Shown: positions 1-6,347 of the stretch, one piece after another
Layout: each line of letters starts with the position of its first letter
Position numbering within the stretch: position 1 is the first letter of the stretch
IMG/VR virus record: IMGVR_UViG_2711768020_000003
From: a virus
Taxonomy: Duplodnaviria > Heunggongvirae > Uroviricota > Caudoviricetes
DNA: 9,520 bases
Direction: 5' to 3' (one strand)
The notes under the pieces: model-generated
Seen by the model: the letters and a program-made list of their open reading frames with translations, nothing else
What the model was told of the DNA's origin: nothing
Databases searched by the model: none
Program-made: the position numbers and the translations under genes

Positions 1-171
1 ATCTACGGCAGCAAGCCAGTAATGGGTTAAGTGATAACAGGTGTCTGGAAATATAGGGGCAAATCCAGCGTTCATCAGCCCCCGCATTGCCGACAGGATC
101 ACAGACGGGGGGCGCAACTGGTTGTCGTTCAACTGGCCCAGCTACCGTTCTTGTATCAGAGGTGTGGCTGC

Positions 172-1563
172 ATGACAACACCAGTCTGGCGTAATGATGA
201 CCTGGAAGGCGCTGTCATTGGCGCATTCTTTCTGCGTGGGGCAGATCATGAAGTGATGGATATTCTGATCACACTACCGGCGGACATTTTTTCTGTACGA
301 GCGTATCGGGATATCTACACAGGCATCTGCAGACAGGCCCGTGTTTCAGGAGTGATTGACCCCGTGCTGTTGTGTAATGAGATGCCGGAACTTGCCCCGG
401 TGATTACTGATACCGGGCGTAAAACCTGGGTGAAGTCTTCACTGGAGCACTATGTTGCAGCGTTGCGGCGCAATGCCGCACTGCGCGATGCAGAAAAAAC
501 ACTGAATGAGGCGCTGCAGAAATTACGTGATGCGCATACCTGTGAAGCAGCTGAAGATGCCCTGAAGGATGCGCAGAACATGATGGTCACACTGTCGACA
601 GGAAAGGGCGTCATTCAGCCGGTACATATTGATGATGTGCTTCCGGAAGTGGTTGAGCGTGTTGAATGCCGGAATCAGGGGCTGGAGAAATCCAGGACGT
701 TGATGACCGGTATTGATGAACTGGACGCAAAAACAGGCGGTATGGAGCCCGGAGACCTGGTATTCATTGCCGCCCGTCCTTCGATGGGGAAAACCGAACT
801 TGCGCTGGACATCATCGACAAGGTGACTGAGCAGGGGCATGGTGTGCTTCTGTTCACCATGGAGATGGCGAACATCCAGATTGGTGAACGTATGGTGTCT
901 GCGGCTGGAGGGATGCCAGTATCACGCCTGAAATCTGTGGCTCACTTTGAAGATGAAGACTGGGCGCGTTTCTCACAAGGGGTGGGGCGGATGACCGGGC
1001 GCAATATCTGGATGGTGGACCAGGCGAACCTGACCATTGATGAGATATGCGCAACAACGAAACACCATCTGATTAAACATCCGGAAACGGCGCTGGTGGT
1101 GGTTGATTATCTCGGGCTGATAAAAACCCGAACCACGGGGCGTCATGACCTTGCCGTGGGTGAAATCTCAAAGGGGCTTAAAGGCCTGGCAAAATCCGGT
1201 GGTTTTCCGTTGATTGCGCTGAGCCAGCTCTCCCGCGGTGTGGAGTCCAGACCCAATAAACGTCCCATGAACTCAGACCTGAAAAATTCCGGAGAAATAG
1301 AGGCGGATGCAGACATCATTCTGATGCTTTACAGGGATGAAGTGTACAACCCGGATACACAGGCTACAGGCATAGCAGAAATTAATATCACGAAACAACG
1401 TAACGGTTCTCTGGGGACGATTTACCGGCGTTTTTATAACGGACATTTTCTGCCTGTGGACCAGGAAAGCGCACAGGTTCTTTCCACCCCAATGCGGCAG
1501 CCCCAGCCGCGCAGATACAGCAATACACGTACCGACAGCAGTAAGATGGAGCGTTTCTTTTGA
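172..1563 (+). CDS. Replicative DNA helicase, DnaB-like (lambdoid phage replication protein, P22 gp12-like)
   Basis: Long ORF with Walker A motif AARPSMGKTELALD and the DnaB C-terminal block LIALSQLSRGVESRPNKRPMNSDLKNSGEIEADADIILMLYRDEVY. ATG at 172 is preceded by AGAGGTG about 9 nt upstream and gives about 463 aa, typical for DnaB. The ORF track start at 31 is a GTG directly after the upstream gene stop (TAA 28-30) and would add 47 residues that do not resemble a DnaB N-terminus. An upstream gene ends at 30 but is too truncated to identify. Confidence 0.88.
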   Translation: MTTPVWRNDDLEGAVIGAFFLRGADHEVMDILITLPADIFSVRAYRDIYTGICRQARVSGVIDPVLLCNEMPELAPVITDTGRKTWVKSSLEHYVAALRRNAALRDAEKTLNEALQKLRDAHTCEAAEDALKDAQNMMVTLSTGKGVIQPVHIDDVLPEVVERVECRNQGLEKSRTLMTGIDELDAKTGGMEPGDLVFIAARPSMGKTELALDIIDKVTEQGHGVLLFTMEMANIQIGERMVSAAGGMPVSRLKSVAHFEDEDWARFSQGVGRMTGRNIWMVDQANLTIDEICATTKHHLIKHPETALVVVDYLGLIKTRTTGRHDLAVGEISKGLKGLAKSGGFPLIALSQLSRGVESRPNKRPMNSDLKNSGEIEADADIILMLYRDEVYNPDTQATGIAEINITKQRNGSLGTIYRRFYNGHFLPVDQESAQVLSTPMRQPQPRRYSNTRTDSSKMERFF

Positions 1564-1817
1564 ACAACCAGACAATGACTTTTACCTCTGAACAATTGCG
1601 TAAACACGCGCAGGAAATGTTGCGACAGGCGGAACAACTGGAAAAAACAGGTGTAACAAAAGATGCCATTCGTCGGGATATGGTGCCAGCGCTCAGGGAA
1701 CTGATGCAGGCGAAACATCGCGCACAAAAAGCGGTGGATGAGCTCGTTGATTGTGTGGCAGAGCTGGAAACCAAAGTTGGAAAGTTTGAAAAAATGGTGC
1801 AGGAGGTGCTGCGCTGA
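1560..1817 (+). CDS. Hypothetical small protein (about 80 aa, predicted helical/coiled-coil), nin-region-like
   Basis: ORF between helicase and rusA. GGAG at 1548-1551 sits 8 nt upstream of a TTG at 1560; the alternative ATG is at 1575. Its stop TGA (1815-1817) overlaps the rusA ATG (1817), suggesting translational coupling. No family recognised. Confidence 0.5.
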   Translation: MNNQTMTFTSEQLRKHAQEMLRQAEQLEKTGVTKDAIRRDMVPALRELMQAKHRAQKAVDELVDCVAELETKVGKFEKMVQEVLR

Positions 1818-2188
1818 TGCGCCATGAGTTTATTTTACCTTATCCGCCGACGGTGAATACTTACTGGCGACGTCGTGGCAGCACATATTTTGTATCAAAA
1901 GTTGGTGAGCGTTATCGCCGTGATGTGACGCTAATTGTTCGCCAGCAGCGGCTGAAATTAAACCTGTCCGGAAGGCTGGCGATAAAGATTATTGCAGAGC
2001 CACCGGATAAGCGCCGTCGTGACCTGGACAATATCCTGAAAGCACCACTGGATGCGCTGACGCATGCCGGACTACTCATAGACGACGAGCAGTTTGATGA
2101 AATCAATATTGTGCGCGGTCAGCTCGTTCCTGGTGGGCGACTGGGCGTGAAGATTTATGAAATCACAGGTGATAACGATGGCGCGTGA
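1817..2188 (+). CDS. rusA: Holliday-junction resolvase RusA (crossover junction endodeoxyribonuclease)
   Basis: 123-aa ORF with RusA-family hallmarks: N-terminal [15 protein letters not shown], acidic catalytic region RRRDLDN and [14 protein letters not shown], and C-terminal GGRL. Size matches RusA (about 120 aa). GGAGG lies about 10 nt upstream of the ATG. Confidence 0.9.
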   Translation: MRHEFILPYPPTVNTYWRRRGSTYFVSKVGERYRRDVTLIVRQQRLKLNLSGRLAIKIIAEPPDKRRRDLDNILKAPLDALTHAGLLIDDEQFDEINIVRGQLVPGGRLGVKIYEITGDNDGA

Positions 2189-2564
2189 TATTCAGCAGGT
2201 TATGGAACGGTGGGGGGCTTGGGCTGCAAACACTCATGAAGATGTATCCTGGGCGTCGATCGCTGCTGGTTTTAAAGGGTTAATTCCGTCGAAAGTGAAA
2301 TCACGCCCTCAGTGTTCTGATGATGATGCAATGATAATTTGTGGCTGTATGGCCCGGTTGAACAAGAAAAATCAGGATTTGCACGATTTGCTGGTGGATT
2401 ATTACGTAGGTGGAATGACTTTTATGAGTCTGGCACGGAAACATGGGTGTTCGGATACCTGTATTGGCAAGCGCCTGCAGAAAGCGGAAGGGGTTATTGA
2501 TGGCATGTTGATGATGCTTGATATCCGGCTGGAGATGGACAGATACGTAGAACGAATTATGTAG
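2178..2564 (+). CDS. Late-gene antitermination protein Q (small Q family, QuuD-like as in DLP12-type prophages)
   Basis: ORF containing [18 protein letters not shown]...[24 protein letters not shown]...LLVDYYV...MTFMSLA...[15 protein letters not shown], which I recognise as the small Q antiterminator family. Start taken as ATG 2178 (AGGTGA 6 nt upstream), not the in-frame ATG 2157. It overlaps the rusA 3' end by 11 nt and a candidate late promoter begins 5 nt after its stop, the canonical Q-PR' arrangement. Confidence 0.85.
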   Translation: MARDIQQVMERWGAWAANTHEDVSWASIAAGFKGLIPSKVKSRPQCSDDDAMIICGCMARLNKKNQDLHDLLVDYYVGGMTFMSLARKHGCSDTCIGKRLQKAEGVIDGMLMMLDIRLEMDRYVERIM

Positions 2565-2568
2565 GTGC

Positions 2569-2598
2569 TTGACCAGACACATTGTCCGGGGCTATATT
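2569..2598 (+). promoter_or_regulatory. Candidate sigma70 late promoter (PR'-like) immediately downstream of Q
   Basis: -35 TTGACC (2569-2574), 17-nt spacer, -10 CTATAT/TATATT (2592-2598). An intrinsic terminator follows about 60-80 nt downstream, mirroring the lambda PR'-qut-tR' layout. Confidence 0.55.
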
Positions 2599-2656
2599 CC
2601 TCACGCGCCAGCAAAATCTGGCGTCGGGATTGGAACCCCGGATAGAGACCGCGACA

Positions 2657-2684
2657 GACACACGCCGCGAGCGTGTTTTTTATT
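2657..2684 (+). terminator. Rho-independent terminator (tR'-like) ending a short leader transcript
   Basis: Stem ACACGC (2660-2665), loop CGCGA, stem GCGTGT (2671-2676), followed by TTTTTTATT. Confidence 0.6.
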
Positions 2685-2809
2685 GTCGTATGCACGCGCA
2701 CATCTGAATTATGGTGGGGCGCATGGGGGAGCTGAAAAGCTCGCCGGTCGGTTTCCCGGTAGTTCCAACCCTGTGCGTCTCACCACCCGATGATTGGAAC
2801 CTGACGGTG

Positions 2810-2838
2810 TTGACAGTTTCAGGTTTGCAGTTTACATT
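2810..2838 (+). promoter_or_regulatory. Second candidate sigma70 promoter upstream of the ORF6N gene
   Basis: -35 TTGACA (2810-2815), 17-nt spacer, -10 TACATT (2833-2838). A weak hairpin plus a run of 7 T (about 2885-2911) follows. Confidence 0.35.
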
Positions 2839-3044
2839 TCCCCGCGGTGCTCAAAACACCTCGAAAGCGGTATCCACACCCGATAGCCATGTGGTTTTTT
2901 TGTGTCCAGAATTCTTGGTTTATGACCGGGTGTGCGGCTAATACAATACCAGCAATGGAAATACGCCCGCCGACTTTCGACGGTTTTGAGCGCCCGGTCA
3001 CCCTCTCAAAAGGGGTAAATCAAAATATTCGAAAGGACATGTCT

Positions 3045-3608
3045 ATGAATCGCACGTCTATTGAAAAACTCCCGTCACTTACGCATAACCATCTTCCTGT
3101 CATGACAACAGAGCTGCTGGCTGATTTGTACGGAACAGAGCGCCAGCGTTTGACAAACAATTTCAATCGAAACAAAGAACGGTTTATAGAAGGTAAACAT
3201 TTTTTCCTGATAGAAGGTGATGCGTTACGAGAGTTGAAGAACGAAAACTCTTTAAGAGTTTCTGTGAAAATTGCCCGTAACGTTCGCTCCCTCATCCTCT
3301 GGACAGAACGTGGCGCAGCCCGTCACGCCAAAATGCTCGAAACCGATCAGGCGTGGGAAGTGTTCGAAAAACTGGAAGACTGTTATTTCAACCAGAAACA
3401 GCCACCAGCGGCACAAAACACATCTATCGAAAATGATGGATGCGCATTACTGAGCCACTTCGATAAACACGGTCAGGTTGAGTTCACGGAAAAGGTACCC
3501 GCCGATGCGATGGTATGTACTCTGGAACGGTTTAAATTTTATCTGGAGCAACACGGGTGGATCGTTGCCCGTAAAGAGCAACTGGTGGAGCGGTTGATGC
3601 GGTTTTAA
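3045..3608 (+). CDS. ORF6N-domain (KilA-N/Bro-N-like) putative DNA-binding protein, antirepressor-like, with uncharacterised C-terminal domain
   Basis: N-terminal region TTELLADLYGTERQRLTNNFNRNKERFIEGKHFFLIEGDALRELK...ARNVRSLILWTERGAARHAKMLETDQAWEVF matches the ORF6N pattern as I recall it. Start preferred at ATG 3045 (AAAGGA about 7 nt upstream); ATG 3039 is the alternative. The long upstream extension in the ORF track (from 2847) is rejected. An intrinsic terminator follows the stop. Confidence 0.75.
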   Translation: MNRTSIEKLPSLTHNHLPVMTTELLADLYGTERQRLTNNFNRNKERFIEGKHFFLIEGDALRELKNENSLRVSVKIARNVRSLILWTERGAARHAKMLETDQAWEVFEKLEDCYFNQKQPPAAQNTSIENDGCALLSHFDKHGQVEFTEKVPADAMVCTLERFKFYLEQHGWIVARKEQLVERLMRF

Positions 3609-3683
3609 AAATTTTTTCCGAAAACTTTACGATCGTAAAAAGTTGAATATCCTGTTAAGAGTGGTTACTACGCCACACAGCTT

Positions 3684-3709
3684 AAACCCGCCGATGAGCG
3701 GGTTTTTTT
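3684..3709 (+). terminator. Rho-independent terminator after the ORF6N gene
   Basis: AAACCCGC (3684-3691), loop CGATGA, GCGGGTTT (3698-3705), then a T run through 3709. Confidence 0.6.
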
Positions 3710-3759
3710 ATACCTGAAAAACGGCACAGGACGTTAAACGTGCTGGTGGTCAGATGAGT

Positions 3760-3788
3760 TTGCAGATGTGATGACATATGGTTATTAT
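3760..3788 (+). promoter_or_regulatory. Candidate sigma70 promoter for the tRNA array
   Basis: -35 TTGCAG (3760-3765), 17-nt spacer, -10 TATTAT (3783-3788); first tRNA starts at 3798. Confidence 0.5.
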
Positions 3789-3797
3789 TCTGCCTCC

Positions 3798-3874
3798 GGC
3801 CCTTTAGCTCAGTTGGTCAGAGCGAGCGACTCATAATCGCCAGGTCGCTGGTTCAAGTCCAGCAAGGGCCACCA
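3798..3874 (+). tRNA. tRNA-Ile (anticodon CAU, lysidine-type, ileX/ileZ-like, decodes AUA)
   Basis: Manual cloverleaf: 7-bp acceptor stem GGCCCTT/AAGGGCC, anticodon loop CTCATAA, T-arm GGTTCAAGTCC, encoded CCA. Anticodon arm and T-arm resemble E. coli tRNA-Ile2 from memory, not elongator tRNA-Met. Confidence 0.8.
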
Positions 3875-3875
3875 A

Positions 3876-3952
3876 CCACCACTAGCTCATCCGGATAGAG
3901 CATCAACCTTCTAAGTTGACGGTGCGAGGTTCGAGTCCTCGGTGGTGGGCCA
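3876..3952 (+). tRNA. tRNA-Arg (anticodon UCU, decodes AGA/AGG)
   Basis: Manual fold: acceptor CCACCAC/GTGGTGG, D-stem GCTC/GAGC, anticodon stem TCAAC/GTTGA with loop CTTCTAA, T-stem CGAGG/CCTCG with loop TTCGAGT, discriminator G, encoded CCA. Confidence 0.82.
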
Positions 3953-3954
3953 GC

Positions 3955-4030
<76 letters not shown>

Positions 4031-4033
4031 TAT

Positions 4034-4108
<75 letters not shown>

Positions 4109-4254
4109 GCGAGATTTGAGACGAAGGTTGTTATTTGCACTGACACAATATTGTGTGGGAATGTCTGACTCCTTACCATCTCCTGTTCTGTGATGTTGTT
4201 TTGTTGCAGTTCCAGTGCTCTTTTTTCAGCACCAGAATGATGAATCATCAGTCC

Positions 4255-4489
4255 NNNNNNNNNNNNNNNNNNNNNNNNNNNNNNNNNNNNNNNNNNNNNN
4301 NNNNNNNNNNNNNNNNNNNNNNNNNNNNNNNNNNNNNNNNNNNNNNNNNNNNNNNNNNNNNNNNNNNNNNNNNNNNNNNNNNNNNNNNNNNNNNNNNNNN
4401 NNNNNNNNNNNNNNNNNNNNNNNNNNNNNNNNNNNNNNNNNNNNNNNNNNNNNNNNNNNNNNNNNNNNNNNNNNNNNNNNNNNNNNNNN
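4255..4489. other. Run of 235 N (assembly gap or masked sequence)
   Basis: Directly visible. Hides the 5' part of the holin gene and its upstream region. Confidence 1.
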
Positions 4490-4591
4490 ATTGGTGTGCT
4501 GGGAAGTCTGCTTCTGGGGCTTCTGACTTATCTGACAAATCTGTATTTCAAAATAAGAGAAGACAAGCGTAAGGCTGCGAGAGGTGAATAA
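4490..4591 (+). CDS. Holin, 3' fragment (phage 21 S21-type pinholin-like); 5' end lies in the N run
   Basis: Frame-2 translation [33 protein letters not shown]-stop matches the C-terminus of the phage 21 class II holin as I recall it. Stop TAA (4589-4591) overlaps the ATG of the next gene (TAATG). Confidence 0.8.
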   Translation: MGVLGSLLLGLLTYLTNLYFKIREDKRKAARGE

Positions 4592-4748
4592 TGTCGCCAT
4601 CATTACGCAAGGCTGTTGCAGCTGCTATTGGTGGTGGGGCTGTTGCTATAGCATCTGTGTTAATCACTGGCCCAGGTGGTAACGATGGTCTGGAAGGTGT
4701 CAGCTACATACCATACAAAGATATCATTGGTGTATGGACTGTATGTCA
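4591..4748 (+). CDS. SAR endolysin (phage 21 R21-like lysozyme), 5' part; 3' part lies in the N run
   Basis: N-terminus [52 protein letters not shown] has a Gly/Ala-rich weakly hydrophobic signal-anchor-release segment followed by the lysozyme catalytic-region start, closely resembling R21. It follows the holin with overlapping stop and start. Confidence 0.85.
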
Positions 4749-5161
4749 NNNNNNNNNNNNNNNNNNNNNNNNNNNNNNNNNNNNNNNNNNNNNNNNNNNN
4801 NNNNNNNNNNNNNNNNNNNNNNNNNNNNNNNNNNNNNNNNNNNNNNNNNNNNNNNNNNNNNNNNNNNNNNNNNNNNNNNNNNNNNNNNNNNNNNNNNNNN
4901 NNNNNNNNNNNNNNNNNNNNNNNNNNNNNNNNNNNNNNNNNNNNNNNNNNNNNNNNNNNNNNNNNNNNNNNNNNNNNNNNNNNNNNNNNNNNNNNNNNNN
5001 NNNNNNNNNNNNNNNNNNNNNNNNNNNNNNNNNNNNNNNNNNNNNNNNNNNNNNNNNNNNNNNNNNNNNNNNNNNNNNNNNNNNNNNNNNNNNNNNNNNN
5101 NNNNNNNNNNNNNNNNNNNNNNNNNNNNNNNNNNNNNNNNNNNNNNNNNNNNNNNNNNNNN
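4749..5161. other. Run of 413 N (assembly gap or masked sequence)
   Basis: Directly visible. Hides the 3' part of the endolysin and the 5' parts of Rz and Rz1. Confidence 1.
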
Positions 5162-5338
5162 GCAGTCTGTCAGTCAGTGCGTGAAGCCACCACCGCCTCC
5201 GGCGTGGATAATGCAACCAGCCCCCGACTGGCAGACACCGCTGAACGGGATTATTTCACCCTCAGAGAGCGGCTGATGACGATGCAGATGCAACTGGAAG
5301 GGGCACAGGAGTATATCCGCACTCAGTGCATTAAGTAG
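5162..5338 (+). CDS. Spanin inner-membrane subunit Rz (i-spanin), 3' fragment
   Basis: C-terminal translation ...ADTAERDYFTLRERLMTMQMQLEGAQEYIRTQCIK-stop resembles the lambda-family Rz C-terminus. The 5' end is in the N run. Confidence 0.8.
   Translation, partial: AVCQSVREATTASGVDNATSPRLADTAERDYFTLRERLMTMQMQLEGAQEYIRTQCIK
5163..5276 (+). CDS. Spanin outer-membrane lipoprotein Rz1 (o-spanin), 3' fragment, embedded in the +1 frame of Rz
   Basis: Translation QSVSQCVKPPPPPAWIMQPAPDWQTPLNGIISPSESG-stop is proline-rich and lies fully inside Rz in another frame, the classic embedded Rz1 architecture. The lipobox region is in the N run. Confidence 0.8.
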   Translation, partial: QSVSQCVKPPPPPAWIMQPAPDWQTPLNGIISPSESG

Positions 5339-5380
5339 CCTTTTTATCGTGGTAAACATTTCGCAGGGTATGAGGTATTT

Positions 5381-5731
5381 ATGCCATCACTAATCCCACG
5401 TGCCTGCCGTAAGCGTGGATGTGCAGGTACAACCACAGACAGTTCGGGTTACTGCGATAAACATCGCGGTGAAGGCTGGGTGCAGCACCAGCGCGGACTG
5501 AGCCGCCACCAGCGTGGCTATGGCTCAAAATGGACGGTGATTCGTGCCCGTATTCTGAAGCGCGATAAAGGTCTGTGTCAGTTGTGTCTGCGTGTCGGTG
5601 TGGTGAGCGAGGCGAAAACCGTCGACCACATCATCCCGAAAGCGCATGGCGGAACAGACGCAGACAGCAACCTGCAGAGTCTGTGCTGGCCCTGCCATAA
5701 AGCGAAAACAGCGCGCGAACGAATCCGGTGA
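5381..5731 (+). CDS. HNH endonuclease (phage packaging-associated HNH)
   Basis: 116-aa ORF with Cys-rich N-terminus (CRKRGC...CDKH) and HNH core DHIIPKAHGGTDADSNLQSLCWPCHKAKT. GAGGT lies about 5 nt upstream of the ATG. Position just upstream of the terminase genes is typical of HK97-like cos phages. Confidence 0.85.
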   Translation: MPSLIPRACRKRGCAGTTTDSSGYCDKHRGEGWVQHQRGLSRHQRGYGSKWTVIRARILKRDKGLCQLCLRVGVVSEAKTVDHIIPKAHGGTDADSNLQSLCWPCHKAKTARERIR

Positions 5732-5753
5732 TAATTATTCTCACTTGTAGGGA

Positions 5754-5813
5754 GGGGCGGGGCAAATCCCTGTGACCTGACGTCTTCCGGACTGCCCGCC
5801 CCATCGTTTTTTT
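5754..5813 (+). terminator. GC-rich long-loop hairpin followed by a T run (terminator-like; lies in the expected cos region)
   Basis: GGGGCGGGGCA (5754-5764) pairs with TGCCCGCCCC (5793-5802) with one bulge, about 28-nt loop, then ATCG and TTTTTTT (5807-5813). The function is uncertain. Confidence 0.3.
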
Positions 5814-5852
5814 ATACCCGCGAAAAATGAAATTTAACCAGGAGTGCCGCAT

Positions 5853-6347
5853 ATGGCTGGAACGGCGGGGCGTTCCGGGCGTCGCCCCAAGCCAACGGCG
5901 CGCAAGGCGCTGGCCGGAAACCCCGGCAAGCGAGCCCTGAACAAAGATGAACCTGTTTTTACGCCCATCAAAGGTGTTGAGCCACCAGAGTGGTTCGCTG
6001 AAGAAGATCTCCCTCTCGCCACGATCATGTGGCAACTGACAACCAAAGAACTCTGCGGTCAGGGCCTGCTGTGCGTGACTGACCTGGCGGTACTTGAGCG
6101 GTGGTGCGTGGCCTATGAGTTCTGGCGACGTGCCGTGAAAAATATTGCCATACAGGGCAACACCATCACCGGTGCAATGGGCGGCAGGGTCAAAAATCCG
6201 GAGCTGACCGCCAAAAAAGAACAGGAGTCCGAGATGAGCAGCACGGGGGCAATGCTCGGACTCGACCCCAGCAGCCGCCAGCGTCTGATTGGCCTGGCGG
6301 GGCAGAAGAAAGCCACTAACCCGTTTCTGAAAATTATCGAATCATGA
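5853..6347 (+). CDS. Terminase small subunit (P27 family)
   Basis: N-terminus [34 protein letters not shown] is the signature of P27-family small terminases. AGGAG (5840-5844) lies 8 nt upstream of ATG 5853. Stop overlaps the large-subunit start (ATGA at 6344-6347). Confidence 0.85.
   Translation: MAGTAGRSGRRPKPTARKALAGNPGKRALNKDEPVFTPIKGVEPPEWFAEEDLPLATIMWQLTTKELCGQGLLCVTDLAVLERWCVAYEFWRRAVKNIAIQGNTITGAMGGRVKNPELTAKKEQESEMSSTGAMLGLDPSSRQRLIGLAGQKKATNPFLKIIES

Noticed and set aside
31-171. ORF-track start of the helicase at GTG 31, giving a 510-aa protein
   Set aside because: There is no ribosome-binding site, and the extension is Cys/Arg-rich and unlike a DnaB N-terminus. ATG 172 has a good ribosome-binding site and gives a DnaB-typical length.
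1388-1825. Reverse-strand ORFs of 130-146 aa (1388-1825, 5631-6035, 6113-6553, 6538-6936) and shorter antisense ORFs throughout
   Set aside because: All lie antisense to strongly supported + strand genes (helicase, HNH, terminases) and have no start signals; they are typical shadow ORFs in GC-rich coding sequence.
2569-2941. ORF-track + strand ORFs 2569-2793 and 2711-2941 in the region after Q
   Set aside because: They overlap the promoter and terminator elements, lack ribosome-binding sites and have low-complexity, non-protein-like composition; treated as non-coding leader.
2847-3044. Long N-terminal extension of the ORF6N ORF (ORF-track start at 2847)
   Set aside because: The extension overlaps a candidate promoter and hairpin and has no ribosome-binding site. 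A good ribosome-binding site precedes ATG 3045, and the domain begins shortly after that.
4109-4254. Shiga-toxin-like or other toxin gene directly after the tRNA array
   Set aside because: No ORF with a signal-peptide-like start or toxin-like sequence is visible in any frame of the 146 nt before the N run. Hidden content is noted as unassessable, not claimed.
4153-5216. ORF-track entries whose translations consist largely of X across the N runs
   Set aside because: These are artefacts of translating unknown bases. Only the visible flanking frames that match holin, endolysin, Rz and Rz1 were kept.
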